Assembly: GCA_040755995.1 (NCBI GenBank)
Contig: JBFMAF010000041.1
Location: 1 to 64,000 of the forward strand
DNA: 64,000 nucleotides
Direction: 5' to 3'
Source of the DNA: Acidobacteriota bacterium
GTDB lineage: Bacteria > Acidobacteriota > CAIWXX01
Of the stretch, positions 38,066 through 48,543 are shown in pieces (the stretch's first letter is position 1; each line of letters begins with the position of its first letter). A program made the position numbers and the translations under genes. Below the pieces are notes generated by a model. That model was given only the letters and a program-made list of their open reading frames with translations. It searched no databases and was not told where the DNA came from.

Positions 38066-41000
38066 GTGCGGAGAATCTGCAATTTGTGTCTCGTTTTCGT
38101 TCTGTCAACGGTGCCCGGCTGGGCAGGCGACTCAGACCTGGCCCGGCTGCTCCGATACCCCGCCATTTCCACCGATAAGATCGCTTTCGTATATGCAGGG
38201 GACATCTGGATCGTCGATGCCTCCGGCGGAGTGGCCCGCCAGCTCACGTCGCACCCCGGTGAAGAGCTTTTCCCGCGCTTCTCGCCCGATGGCAGGTGGA
38301 TCGCCTTCACCGGCGAGTATAGTGGAACAGAGCAGGTGTATGTGATCAGCGTAGATGGCGGCACGCCGCGCCAGCTCACTTTCTACAACGACGTCGGCGA
38401 GCTGCCGCCTCGCGGCGGCGTCGACAACCAGGTCATGGGCTGGACTCTCGACGGAAAGTCCGTGCTCTTCGCGGCGCATCGCGCGCCGTGGAGCGATCGG
38501 ATCGGCCGGCCGTACCTGGTGCCTGTGGCTGGCGGCATGGAGGCGCCGTTGCCGATGCTCTCGGGTTCGGGCTGCTCATACTCCCCCGACGGCACGCGAA
38601 TGGCGTTCACGCCGTACATGCGCGAGTTCCGCACGTGGAAGCGATACAAGGGCGGGCAGGCGCAGGACGTCTGGATATACGATCTGCAGAAAAGCACTGC
38701 CGAGCAAATCACCGACTACCCCGGAACAGATAACCTGCCCGTGTGGATCGGCGATTCGATCTATTTCACTTCCGACCGCGGGTCCATTCAGAAGCTGAAT
38801 CTGTGGTCCTATGACACGAAGACGCGCGAAACGCGCCAGGTCACGAATCATGACAGGTATGACGTGCTCTGGCCGAGCGGCGGGCCGGGCGGCGTGGTTT
38901 ACGACAATGGCGGCTATATCTGGCGATACGATCCGCCGACCGGCAAGACCGCGATGGTACCCATCCGGCTCTTCGGCGACTTCCCGCAGACCCTGCCGTA
39001 TTTCAAGAACCTGAAGGAGGATATCCAGAACTTCGACATCTCGCCGAACGCGAAGCGGGCCCTGTTCGAGGCACGCGGCGAGATATTCACTGTGCCGGCC
39101 AAGGAGGGTGAGCCGCGGAATCTCACGAATACGCAGAGCGTTCGCGAGATTCAGCCATGCTGGTCTCCGAACGGCGACTGGATCGCGTATTTGTCAGACA
39201 GGACCGGCGAGTACGAGATCTATGTTCGGAAGAGCGACGGCTCCGGCGATGAGCGGCGTGTTACGACCGACGGTGACATCTGGCGATTCCAGCCTGTCTG
39301 GTCTCCCGATTCCAGGTACCTAGCATATGGCGATAAGAAGCAGCGGCTGCGATACGTCGATGTCACAAACGGGAAGAGTACCGAAATCGACCACGGTGTC
39401 CTCTCTGATCTAACCTACTACAACTGGTCGCCGGACAGCCGGTTCATCGTCTACCCAAAGGAAGCCGCAACACGCCTCCCGTCGATCTGGGTCTATTCGC
39501 TCGCGGACGGAAAGACGCATCAGCTCACGTCGGGCACCAGCAGCGATTTCGAGCCGGTCTTCGATCCGCAGGGCCGGTATCTCTATTTCTTGTCCAATCG
39601 CGATTACAACCTGACGTTCAGCGGCTTTGAATTCAGCTACGTCTATACGCAGCCGACCAGGATCTACGCCGGGCTGCTTGCCAGGGACGGACCGGCTCTT
39701 TTTCCGCCGGAGAGCGACGAGCAGACGACGTCCGCTGCGAAGGGCAAAGACAAGCCGGCGGCAGGCGAGAAGGCGGCGGGCGCCGAGGACAAGACCAGGT
39801 CTGGGAAGGCTCCGCCCGTCGTCGTGAAGATCGACTTCGATGGCTTCGAGAGCAGGATACGCGCTATCCCGGGGCCGTCAGGCGACTACCGCAACCTCGC
39901 CGCAACCGAAAAGGCGATTTTCTACGTCGCGGGCGAGGACGACAAGGTGCAGCTGAAGATGTTCAGCCTGGAAGACAAGAAGGAGCAGACGGTGCTTGAG
40001 GGGGTGGGCGTCTATCGTCTGTCGCAGGACGGCAAGAGACTCCTATTTCAGAAGGGCGGCGACTACGGCATCGTCGACGCTGCTGCGAACCAGAAGACCG
40101 ATGAGGCCATGCTGCCGCTGGGCAAGCTAGAGATGAAGATCGATCCCAAGGCAGAGTGGGCGGAGATGTACGTCGACGCATGGCGCATCCTGCGGGACTG
40201 GTACTACGACCCGGGCATGAACGGTGTCGACTGGAAGGAGGTGCGCGAGCGATACGGCGAGCTGGTGCCGTACGTGGCCGATCGACACGACCTCGACTAC
40301 ATCTTCGGCGAAGTGGCAGGTGAGATCTCGTCCGGCCACGTCTACGTCGCGGCCGCGCCCCACGGCGGTGTGAAGCGTGTTGAAGGCGGCCTGCTCGGAG
40401 CCGACGTCCAGCCCGATCCCTCCGGCTACTATCGCGTGGCGAAGATATTCCCCGGAGAGAACTGGGAGAAGGATTTCCGGTCGCCGCTGACCGAACCGGG
40501 TGTGGCGGTGCGCGAGGGCGATCTGATCCTGGCTGTGGACGGCACCCCGACGAAGGGAGTCGACAACTTCTATCGCCTGATGGAAGGCAAGGGTGACTCA
40601 GTGGTTACACTGCTGGTCAACTCCAAGCCGGATGCGTCGACCGCACACAAGGAACGCGTTCGAACCGTCAAGAAGGAGACAGACCTGCGATACCTCGACT
40701 GGGTTCAAGCTACACGCCGCCGCGTAGATGAAGCGTCGGGGGGACGAATCGGGTACATCCACCTGCCGGACACTGCAGTCGCGGGGAACCGCGAGCTCTT
40801 CAAGGGATTCTACTCTCAGTCGACCAAGGAAGCGCTGATCCTGGATGACCGCTGGAACGGCGGCGGCTTCATCCCGAATGAGATGATCGAACTGCTGCGC
40901 CGCCCGGTGCTCAATTTCTGGGCGACGCGCGGCCTCGAGCCCGTCTCGACCCCGGGCTTCGCCATCACCGGTCCCAAGGTCTGTCTGATCAACGGCCTGG

Positions 41001-41347
41001 CGGGATCGGGCGGCGATGCCTTCCCTTACTACTTCCGTGAGTTGGGCCTCGGTCAATTGATAGGCACACGGACCTGGGGCGGTCTAATTGGATTGTCAGG
41101 AAGTCCTTCGCTTCTGGATGGCGGCGCGATACTGGCTCCCACGTTCCGTTTCTTCGACACACATGGCATGTGGGCCGTGGAGGGCATCGGTGTGGCGCCG
41201 GACATCGAGGTCGTGGATCGGCCGGACCTCATGGCGCAGGGGCGTGATCCCAGCCTGGAAAAGGGCATCGAGGTGCTGCTTGATCAGCTGAAGAAGAATC
41301 CGCCGAAGAAGATCGTCGTCCCGGCCGCTCCGGGCGGCCCGAAGTGA
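38066..41347 (+). CDS. Tricorn-type S41 protease
   Basis: LLRYPAI, PD40 repeats, PDZ, IGYIHLPD, DRWNGGG, GSGGDAF, GTRTWGG; GTG start after GAGGAGG. Confidence 0.93.
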   Translation: MRRICNLCLVFVLSTVPGWAGDSDLARLLRYPAISTDKIAFVYAGDIWIVDASGGVARQLTSHPGEELFPRFSPDGRWIAFTGEYSGTEQVYVISVDGGTPRQLTFYNDVGELPPRGGVDNQVMGWTLDGKSVLFAAHRAPWSDRIGRPYLVPVAGGMEAPLPMLSGSGCSYSPDGTRMAFTPYMREFRTWKRYKGGQAQDVWIYDLQKSTAEQITDYPGTDNLPVWIGDSIYFTSDRGSIQKLNLWSYDTKTRETRQVTNHDRYDVLWPSGGPGGVVYDNGGYIWRYDPPTGKTAMVPIRLFGDFPQTLPYFKNLKEDIQNFDISPNAKRALFEARGEIFTVPAKEGEPRNLTNTQSVREIQPCWSPNGDWIAYLSDRTGEYEIYVRKSDGSGDERRVTTDGDIWRFQPVWSPDSRYLAYGDKKQRLRYVDVTNGKSTEIDHGVLSDLTYYNWSPDSRFIVYPKEAATRLPSIWVYSLADGKTHQLTSGTSSDFEPVFDPQGRYLYFLSNRDYNLTFSGFEFSYVYTQPTRIYAGLLARDGPALFPPESDEQTTSAAKGKDKPAAGEKAAGAEDKTRSGKAPPVVVKIDFDGFESRIRAIPGPSGDYRNLAATEKAIFYVAGEDDKVQLKMFSLEDKKEQTVLEGVGVYRLSQDGKRLLFQKGGDYGIVDAAANQKTDEAMLPLGKLEMKIDPKAEWAEMYVDAWRILRDWYYDPGMNGVDWKEVRERYGELVPYVADRHDLDYIFGEVAGEISSGHVYVAAAPHGGVKRVEGGLLGADVQPDPSGYYRVAKIFPGENWEKDFRSPLTEPGVAVREGDLILAVDGTPTKGVDNFYRLMEGKGDSVVTLLVNSKPDASTAHKERVRTVKKETDLRYLDWVQATRRRVDEASGGRIGYIHLPDTAVAGNRELFKGFYSQSTKEALILDDRWNGGGFIPNEMIELLRRPVLNFWATRGLEPVSTPGFAITGPKVCLINGLAGSGGDAFPYYFRELGLGQLIGTRTWGGLIGLSGSPSLLDGGAILAPTFRFFDTHGMWAVEGIGVAPDIEVVDRPDLMAQGRDPSLEKGIEVLLDQLKKNPPKKIVVPAAPGGPK

Positions 41348-41419
41348 GCCGGGGTTGGCACGCTAGCCCGCTCCACCCAAAGATGCGGCGGCTGATCGTT
41401 CACGCCGACGTGCGCGGAT

Positions 41420-41570
41420 GCCGGCTGAATCAGGGGTTCAAGCGAGGGGTTCGGATTTCCGGATGGTGCCCTGCTTCCGATCGTCCAACGCTTGTTGGTG
41501 ACCCGGACAACCACCCAGGGGCAGTGGGGTCCTCCGAACCCCCCGCTCTCACCCGTTCATAAGAGCGGTA
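41420..41570. ncRNA. Candidate rod-shaped structured RNA (6S-like), unassigned
   Basis: Nested stems 41441-55/41533-47, 41467-73/41516-23, 41476-79/41504-07 and 41485-89/41494-98 with a central bubble, in an intergenic region. Confidence 0.3.
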
Positions 41571-41909
41571 ATCGCACATGCGACGCCTATTGCTAATCAG
41601 TCCATCACCGCCGTGTCTTCGGCAGCTTCGGGTGCCGTCATGAGTCGTCTCATCGCTTTCACGCTTCGCCATCCACGTGACATGCGGATTCGATGCCAGG
41701 CGCAAGCTGCTGATTTTGCGACATCTCGTGGGTGGCTGCGTCGTCAAACGCAGCAGCACCTGGTGGATTTCGCACACCCCGTGGGTTCGCGCCTGAGAGG
41801 GGCCGGCCCGCCTGCCGGATGTCCCGGTCTGTTTGGCCTATCCGGTTGTGAACTTCTGGAAGTAGACCCAGGCGCACGTCGCCGGTTGCGCTCGGGCCGT
41901 GCCGCGCTC

Positions 41910-42500
41910 TTACAGCATCTTCTTCATGTCGTCCATCTGCGAGCGCAGCTTCGAGGCTTTCGGGTAGTCGGGATGGGCAGCCAGCAGCTTCTCCCATGCG
42001 TCGATCGCACCGCGCAGATCGTTCTTCCCGTGAAGCTTCACGATGCCCATGTTGTAAAGGGTCTGCGCATGGTTGCGATCGATCGCCAGTGACTGCTCGA
42101 ATTGGGCGATCGCCTCATCCGCCTTCCCGGTGTACCAGAGCGCCGTGCCGAGATCGGTGCTGATATTCACGTCGCCCCGGGATTTCTCCAGAGCTTTCCG
42201 GTAAAGAGGAATTGCATCGGCGAAACGCTGGCCATCATAGAGCAGGTTGGCGAGATTGACGAGCGCGTGCGTATCCTCCGGGTTCTTCTCCACGGCTGCC
42301 TTCAACGCCGCCAGTTCGCTGTCGCTGATCGGTGGGACGTCCGATTCTGTGGGCGCGGGCGACGTGGACGAACCTGAGTCCTGCGTCGCCATTTGGACAC
42401 CGGACGCCACTTCGGTTCTCAACATCAGATACACCAGTGCAGCCAGCGATCCGGTCGCAACGACCAGCATTGCTCCACGCCACACTCGTCGATTCTCCAC
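41910..42500 (-). CDS. Membrane-anchored TPR protein
   Basis: N-terminal TM helix and tandem TPRs (LANLLYD, LGTALWY, NMGIV). Confidence 0.85.
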   Translation of the reverse strand: MENRRVWRGAMLVVATGSLAALVYLMLRTEVASGVQMATQDSGSSTSPAPTESDVPPISDSELAALKAAVEKNPEDTHALVNLANLLYDGQRFADAIPLYRKALEKSRGDVNISTDLGTALWYTGKADEAIAQFEQSLAIDRNHAQTLYNMGIVKLHGKNDLRGAIDAWEKLLAAHPDYPKASKLRSQMDDMKKML

Positions 42501-42762
42501 CTCGACCTCCTCTCACTCCTGCACATCTGCGCCGGATTGAGTTGATTCTACATCGAGCGCATCGGAATCGCCAGGCTGGGCACCTTCGGCCGTACCCCCC
42601 AATGCACGTTCGGATTGTGTGACCCCCCGGAAGCCCACGCGCTCCACGGCGAGACCGCGGGATCCGCAGGCGCGGCGGCCCGGCACAAGCGCACTTCCCA
42701 TTTCGGCTGCGTCCGGCTATCATCAACCTTGCGGATGGTGACCTGATGCAGGATGTGAGCTG

Positions 42763-44115
42763 ATGTCACCGATCACCATAGAGATCCTCTTGATCGTGCT
42801 GCTGGTCCTGGCCAACGGTCTGTTTGCCATGGCGGAGATTGCCGTCGTGTCCTCACGTAAGGCCAGGCTGGAGCAATCGGCCAAGGAAGGCCGTGCAGGT
42901 GCCCGCCGGGCGCTGGACCTCGCTAACGACCCCGGCCGGTTCTTGTCCACTGTGCAGATGGGCATCACCTTGATTGGCATCCTGGCCGGCGCCTATGGTG
43001 GGGCCACGCTTGCGGAACAACTGGCCGAGCTGATGGAGCCGGTTCCGCTGCTCGCGCCGTATCGTGAAACCCTAGGTCTCGGGGTTGTGGTGCTCTGCAT
43101 CACGTACCTGTCGCTGATTCTTGGAGAGCTGGTGCCCAAGCAATTGGCCCTGGCGCACCCCGAGCCGATCGCGTCAGCCATTGCGACTCCGATGCGCCTC
43201 CTGTCCCGTATCGCCGCGCCCGCCGTCTGGCTTCTGACCGCCTCGACCGAGGCAGTCCTGCGAGTGCTCTCCATACGCCGCTCCTCCGAACCGCCCATCA
43301 CGGAGGCTGAGATCAAGCTGCTGATGCGCCAAGGCGCCGAAGCCGGCGTCTTCGAAAAGGTCGAGAACGAGATGGTGCAGGCCGCGCTGCGCCTGGGGGA
43401 CCGCCGCGTCGGCGCGCTGATGACGCCGCGGGCCGATATCGTTTGGTTGGATGCCGGGGAATCCCCCGCGGGCCTCAATGAGGCGATCGTTCGCGGCGCC
43501 CATCCCACATCCATGCCTGTGGGCGAGGGCACATTGGACCGGATCCTGGGCATCGTACACACCAAAGATCTGCTCGTCCAGAGCCTGCAGCTGGGGCGAG
43601 TCGACCTGCCTTCGGCGCTTCGGCAGCCGCTCTTCGTACCGGAATGCGCGCGGGCGCTTGAGGTTGTCGAGCTGTTCAAGCGGACGCGCACGCATGTGGC
43701 ACTGGTCGTGGACGAACACGGAGGCACGCAAGGCATCCTCACGCCCACCGACATCCTCGAAGCGCTGGTCGGGGATCTGCCCATGGCGGGTGAGACAGTC
43801 GAACCGCCGGCCGTGAGACGCGAAGACGGCTCGTGGCTCGTCGACGGTTCGATGCCCGTGGACGAATTCAAGGAGCTGCTGCCGATTTCGGAATTGCCCG
43901 GCGAAGCCCGGCGTGCGTACCAGACTCTGGGGGGATTTGTCATGATGCAGCTCGGCCATGTGCCGGCGGCAGGAGAGCATTTCGAGTGGGGAGGATTCCG
44001 GTTTGAGGTGGTCGACATGGATCGGCACCGCGTTGACAAGCTACTGATCGCGCCTCTGGAGTCGCAGGCCATGCCGGAAATCTCGGAACGCGGGCCGGAG
44101 ATGAAAGACGGCTGA
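42763..44115 (+). CDS. Hemolysin-family CNNM/CBS/CorC protein
   Basis: ANGLFAMAEIA, FLSTVQMGIT, GELVPK, CBS pair, REDGSWLVDG. Confidence 0.93.
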   Translation: MSPITIEILLIVLLVLANGLFAMAEIAVVSSRKARLEQSAKEGRAGARRALDLANDPGRFLSTVQMGITLIGILAGAYGGATLAEQLAELMEPVPLLAPYRETLGLGVVVLCITYLSLILGELVPKQLALAHPEPIASAIATPMRLLSRIAAPAVWLLTASTEAVLRVLSIRRSSEPPITEAEIKLLMRQGAEAGVFEKVENEMVQAALRLGDRRVGALMTPRADIVWLDAGESPAGLNEAIVRGAHPTSMPVGEGTLDRILGIVHTKDLLVQSLQLGRVDLPSALRQPLFVPECARALEVVELFKRTRTHVALVVDEHGGTQGILTPTDILEALVGDLPMAGETVEPPAVRREDGSWLVDGSMPVDEFKELLPISELPGEARRAYQTLGGFVMMQLGHVPAAGEHFEWGGFRFEVVDMDRHRVDKLLIAPLESQAMPEISERGPEMKDG

Positions 44116-44151
44116 GACGTCACCGGGCCGTCGCGCGCGGCAGGCGTCTCC

Positions 44152-44394
44152 TCAGCGCAACCGGCGGATAGTCGCCTTGTACTGGCCGCCGGACTTTTCG
44201 ATCGCGAGGAGCTCCTGGCCGTTGCTCTTGCACCAGGCCGGCATGTCCTGAATGATCCCGGCGTCGTCAGAGAGGACCACAAGGACGTCACCGACGGCAA
44301 TCTCCTTGATACGAGCGGCCGTCTTGACGATCGGGAGCGGGCAGAAGAGCCCGGTGGTGTCGAGCAGGTGTCGGCCGGGACGCTGATCGGCCAT
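44152..44394 (-). CDS. TusA/SirA-family sulfurtransferase
   Basis: LDTTGLFCPLP, DMPAWC. Confidence 0.9.
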   Translation of the reverse strand: MADQRPGRHLLDTTGLFCPLPIVKTAARIKEIAVGDVLVVLSDDAGIIQDMPAWCKSNGQELLAIEKSGGQYKATIRRLR

Positions 44395-44412
44395 CAGTCG
44401 ACGCGTGGCGGC

Positions 44413-44778
44413 TCAGATTCGCTTCGGCGCATCGACGGTGCGGTCATTGCGCACATTGCCCGTGTTGAGTGTCGTCGCGGGTTCGAACAGCAGCACGTGC
44501 GCCTCTTTCTCGGCCACCGGCCTGTGCTCGACACCCCGCGGCACTATCAGAAACTCGCCCTCATTCAGATCCACGGTGCCGTCCGGGAGCTCCATCTTGA
44601 ACGCGCCTTTCACCACGAGAAACATCTCGTCTTCGGATTCGTGATGGTGCCAGACGAAGGGCCCTGTGAACTTCACCAGCTTCACGTACTGGCCGTTGAG
44701 CTCGCCGACGATTCTGGGCTGCCAGTGTTCGCCGAACATCGAGAGTTTTCCGGCGATGTTGACCTTCTCGATTGTCAT
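44413..44778 (-). CDS. Cupin domain protein
   Basis: FVWHHHESEDEMF, PRGVEHRP. Confidence 0.9.
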   Translation of the reverse strand: MTIEKVNIAGKLSMFGEHWQPRIVGELNGQYVKLVKFTGPFVWHHHESEDEMFLVVKGAFKMELPDGTVDLNEGEFLIVPRGVEHRPVAEKEAHVLLFEPATTLNTGNVRNDRTVDAPKRI

Positions 44779-44793
44779 CGCTGCCTCCAACTG

Positions 44794-45750
44794 TCAGGGT
44801 TCGATCAGTACCTTGAGCACCCCGTTCTGCTCGGCGTGACGAAGCGCCTCGGCACCGTTCGCCAGACGATAGCGGGCGTGAACAAGTGGAGTCACCTCTA
44901 CGAGATTCTGCGACAGCAGCCGCAGGGCAGGCGCGAATGGACCGCATCGAGATCCGACCAGGGTAACCTCATCCACGACGACCATCGTCAGGTTCGCTTC
45001 GATCGCTCCGTGGTAGGTGGATTTCAGGACTATGGTGCCCCGGGGCCTTACGATCCTGCGCGCAGCCTCGTAGCCCTCGGGCTCTCCCGTGGCTTCCACC
45101 ACGATATCGGCCGTGACGCGCGCCTCGCCGGTGTCTGCAAGAGCCGTGCGAATGCCTCGCTGACCGAGGAGCGCCAGGGACGCGGAGTGATGCCCGATGG
45201 CCAGAAGGTCGCAGCCCGTGAGCTGCAGAACCTGGGCACAGAGCAGGCCGAGCTTGCCGTCGCCCAGCACGACTACGCTGTCGGTGGGTCGCACCTGGAG
45301 CGCCTCGGTGATCTCGCATGCGGCAGCCAGCGGCTCGACAAAGACCGCCGACTCGTCGCTCACTCGGTCGGGCACGCGATGCAGGTTGCGCACGGGCAGG
45401 CAGAGGTATTCGGCGAAGCTGCCATCGCGCCCCGCGATGCCGAGTGTCGTCCGGTTGGGACAGTGCGTCGGCCGGCCGGCCGCGCATGCATGGCACTGCC
45501 CGCATGCGGCGTTGATCTCGCCGACGACCCGCTGGCCGAGCAGCTCCGGCGAGTCGTCCGCCCTCTCGACGATGCCGACAAATTCGTGGCCGGGGACGCC
45601 ACGAAAGGAAAGGTACCCACGGGTGATCTCCAGATCGGTGTTGCAGACGCCGCTCAGTACCATGCGCACGAGCGCCTCACCCGCAGCCGGTGCCGGCGTC
45701 GTGTAGTCTTCTTGCAGACTCAGCGTACCGTCAAAGTACAAAGCGCGCAT
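44794..45750 (-). CDS. Zinc-binding alcohol dehydrogenase (MDR)
   Basis: GVCNTD, GHEFVG, CGQCHAC, GDGKLG. Confidence 0.92.
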   Translation of the reverse strand: MRALYFDGTLSLQEDYTTPAPAAGEALVRMVLSGVCNTDLEITRGYLSFRGVPGHEFVGIVERADDSPELLGQRVVGEINAACGQCHACAAGRPTHCPNRTTLGIAGRDGSFAEYLCLPVRNLHRVPDRVSDESAVFVEPLAAACEITEALQVRPTDSVVVLGDGKLGLLCAQVLQLTGCDLLAIGHHSASLALLGQRGIRTALADTGEARVTADIVVEATGEPEGYEAARRIVRPRGTIVLKSTYHGAIEANLTMVVVDEVTLVGSRCGPFAPALRLLSQNLVEVTPLVHARYRLANGAEALRHAEQNGVLKVLIEP

Positions 45751-45806
45751 CGAAATCGGTCTGCCTGAGCGTACTGTGAAATCACGGGCCGCGGGATCGC
45801 GATCTC

Positions 45807-47681
45807 CTATTTACTCCAGGAAGTCCTAAGAGTGGACGCGAGGTCCTTGCCGGGCCGGCGCCGTTCCCATGGGGTGATCCATTGTGACAGAGGCAGGCGA
45901 TCCTCGGCCGCCTCGCTAACCCGGGCTGGCTCGGGTGGAGCCCACACCTCCGCACGCTTCTTCGGACCTGAGATGGCGTCCAGCTCGCGATGCGCCAGCT
46001 CCCTGATATCCTTACGCATTCCCTGCGCCGCGATCTCCTCGGTGAACATTCTGCGCCCTTCGACCAGGTCCGCCACGTATCCGGCGATCTGTTCATCGCT
46101 GTAGAGATTCCGGGCGTCGTACATCGAGAGATCGCCGCCTTCGCACCGAACGACCTCCTCCGTCCCAAGGCGCCCCTTCGAGTACTCGTTGGTGCCGCGC
46201 AGATCGCCGCGCTGCAGCGCCGCCATGAGGTCGATCGGCACCCTGGTCACTTTCCGGATGAGCTGCTTGGCACCGGTGCCCTTGTCGATTTCGATGATCT
46301 CTCCGACCCCACCCGTGTTGTATTGGAAGAAATGGACTTTGCCGGGGAACTTGTCCACCAGCCCCATCACGATGTCATAGAAGGCGTTGACCTTGCGGCC
46401 CTGGTTGCCGATGATGAAATCGTCCATCCCCACGATGCGGACGCTCTCTCCGGCTTTCTCCGGGACAGTGGCGAAGCTGTGTGTGGACTCGCCCCAGAGA
46501 TAGGCGAGGACCCCCTGCTGGGGGCTCAACCGCTGGGCAAACGGCATGATGGTGTTCCGCCGCGTGATGAAGGCGAAGACGAGGCCATCGAGGTTCTCGA
46601 GCGGAGGCAGATCGATCGAATCCGCGCAGATCGACATCAGCTTGCCGCCCCGCCTGACCTTGAGCTGGCGCCTGTCGAGAACACCACGCCCGTTCTCGCC
46701 CAGGCGCTCATCCAGGAAGTCGATCTCCCCCTTGGCATCGAGCATGACGTTCTCGAGGAGCGCAGACTTGTGCGACAGGGCGTAGTGCATGGCCTCCTGG
46801 AGGCTCTGCTCGACGTCGGTCTTTACGTAGAAGCCCTGCTCGGTGCCGAGCGCCGAGCCGTCGCGTTTCAGGAAGACGATGTCGTCCTGCGCCACCCACG
46901 TCCCCTCGCCCTGCGTGTGATCCAGGCCTAGCTGGTGGCACGACCACGTCGACTTCCCCGTTGCTGTCAGTCCGAACATGAACACGCCGTAGCTCTTGAG
47001 CTTGCCCGTGCGCGTGTCGCGCGCTCTCACTACCTTGGTTCCTGCGTGCAGACCCAGCATCCCCCGCTGGTCCGCGCGGAACATACCCTGACGCAGGAAC
47101 CCTTTCTTGCACTCGCCCGTGTAATCGGTCCCCATCGCGATGTTGATGTCGTGCTCGGGTATGGTCAGGATCTGCATCCGGAGCTGGTGCTCTTCGGGTA
47201 TGTCGATCATCGTGAACTCGGGGCCGGGTCTCGACTTCTTGACGTCGTCCATGGTGCAGGCCCACATGTAAGCCAGCCGATAGTGCTTCGGATCAGCCAC
47301 CGAGACGTAGAGATTGCAGATGGGGCTGAATTCACGGTTGTTCCCCATCTGGCGGCGGATATGAACGAAGGGATGAGTGCGGAGGAGCTGCAGGACTTTG
47401 TGCAGCTGCTCGGGCGCCTTGCCGACTATGGACAGCTGGAGCGGGCCGGGGCGCGGCAGCACCACGTCGGGGCTCCCTAGATACACCGTGCGCGCGGCCA
47501 TGCGGGACGAGATTGCGGAATACCACATGTGAGAACCGTTTGCGGTGCGGCGGGCGCCCGCCAGGGCCCTGTTGCGCAACGAGCGCATCGACAGCGTCTC
47601 CACATTCGGGCCGTGCAACGCAGGTCTCAGGTTTTCAGCGAACCTTCTGTAAACGTCCGGATCGTATGGGCCCTTCGCCAT
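45807..47681 (-). CDS. Phosphoenolpyruvate carboxykinase (ATP)-like protein
   Basis: YTGECKKG, LHAG, FGLTATGKST, QDD, LENV, NTGG; RBS GGAGG before MAKGPYDP. Confidence 0.8.
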   Translation of the reverse strand: MAKGPYDPDVYRRFAENLRPALHGPNVETLSMRSLRNRALAGARRTANGSHMWYSAISSRMAARTVYLGSPDVVLPRPGPLQLSIVGKAPEQLHKVLQLLRTHPFVHIRRQMGNNREFSPICNLYVSVADPKHYRLAYMWACTMDDVKKSRPGPEFTMIDIPEEHQLRMQILTIPEHDINIAMGTDYTGECKKGFLRQGMFRADQRGMLGLHAGTKVVRARDTRTGKLKSYGVFMFGLTATGKSTWSCHQLGLDHTQGEGTWVAQDDIVFLKRDGSALGTEQGFYVKTDVEQSLQEAMHYALSHKSALLENVMLDAKGEIDFLDERLGENGRGVLDRRQLKVRRGGKLMSICADSIDLPPLENLDGLVFAFITRRNTIMPFAQRLSPQQGVLAYLWGESTHSFATVPEKAGESVRIVGMDDFIIGNQGRKVNAFYDIVMGLVDKFPGKVHFFQYNTGGVGEIIEIDKGTGAKQLIRKVTRVPIDLMAALQRGDLRGTNEYSKGRLGTEEVVRCEGGDLSMYDARNLYSDEQIAGYVADLVEGRRMFTEEIAAQGMRKDIRELAHRELDAISGPKKRAEVWAPPEPARVSEAAEDRLPLSQWITPWERRRPGKDLASTLRTSWSK

Positions 47682-47821
47682 TCGCACCTCCCGCGCGAAG
47701 TATAGCGTCTCCACCTGAACGCGCGCAAGATGAAGTCGGTCATGGCACCGGCGAGCTGCGGGGAAGCGGCCGGCGTCGGGGCGCGCGGCGCGCGCCCGTA
47801 GCGCGTACGACGGATGGGAGA

Positions 47822-47849
47822 TTGTAGTACACACGTGATATGGTATACT
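47822..47849 (+). promoter_or_regulatory. Promoter of the vapBC pair
   Basis: TTGTAG then an extended -10 TGGTATACT. Confidence 0.55.
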
Positions 47850-47867
47850 TAGGGATGGAGGTATCCC

Positions 47868-48131
47868 ATGGAAGTCGTAGTGGTAACGACAAAGGGCCAG
47901 ATTGTGATCCCGGCAGAGGTAAGACGAACACTGGGCGTCAGGAAGGGGAGCAGGCTTGCGGTGGAGGAACGGAAGGGCACGATCATCCTGAGGCCGCTCA
48001 CCCGCGAGCACTTCCTCAAGTTGAGCGGGGTCGCGCGCGGATGGGGGTTGCTCGACGCCCTCTCGCGGGTGAAAGTCGAGGACCGGAAGCGGGAGGAGGC
48101 CAAAGTTGGCCGGCGGACGGGTTCTGGATAG
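47868..48131 (+). CDS. vapB: AbrB/MazE-type antitoxin
   Basis: TTKGQIVIPAEVRRTLG. Confidence 0.85.
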   Translation: MEVVVVTTKGQIVIPAEVRRTLGVRKGSRLAVEERKGTIILRPLTREHFLKLSGVARGWGLLDALSRVKVEDRKREEAKVGRRTGSG

Positions 48132-48516
48132 CTGGGCCGTCATCTGCTACCTGGCCCGCGAGCCGGGCTTCGAGGAGGTTGCGGAGCTGTTGGCCGAGGC
48201 CGTCATGGCGGGGCACAAGATGAGATTGAGTGTGGTGAACTGGGGGGAGGTGCTGTACATCGCGCAGCGGAGGAAGGGGAGGAGCGGAGTGCGCACGATC
48301 GAGACCGCGATTGATGGGCTCCCCATTGACCTCGTCCCGGTCGATAAGGACACTGCGCGGCAGGCCGCCCAGGTGAAGGCAGGCGGCGGGTTGTCATATG
48401 CCGACGCATTCGCGGTGGCCCTGGCGAGGCTCGCCGGCGTCGACCTCGTGACAGGTGATCCTGAAATGGCCGCCGCGGAGAAATTCGTCAAAGTGAGATG
48501 GCTCGTGAAGAGGTAG
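48106..48516 (+). CDS. vapC: PIN-domain toxin
   Basis: VLDSWA, NWGEV, LSYADAF, LVTGDPE. Confidence 0.88.
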   Translation: MAGGRVLDSWAVICYLAREPGFEEVAELLAEAVMAGHKMRLSVVNWGEVLYIAQRRKGRSGVRTIETAIDGLPIDLVPVDKDTARQAAQVKAGGGLSYADAFAVALARLAGVDLVTGDPEMAAAEKFVKVRWLVKR

Positions 48517-48543
48517 GGGCGCAGGGCGCGCGCCCTGCGTCAG

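Noticed and set aside
41355..41372. TGGCACGCTAGCCCGCT as a sigma54 promoter
   Set aside because: GG-to-GC spacing is 11 rather than 10.
42510..42740. Riboswitch upstream of the TPR gene
   Set aside because: GC-rich but lacks the conserved cores of the cobalamin, SAM and c-di-GMP classes I compared from memory.
44368..45768. 466-aa plus-strand ORF, and similarly 60944-62662 and 42993-44300
   Set aside because: Antisense to well-supported genes.
47682..48143. 154-aa N-terminal extension of the PEPCK ORF
   Set aside because: Overlaps vapB on the opposite strand; a good RBS and start exist at 47681.
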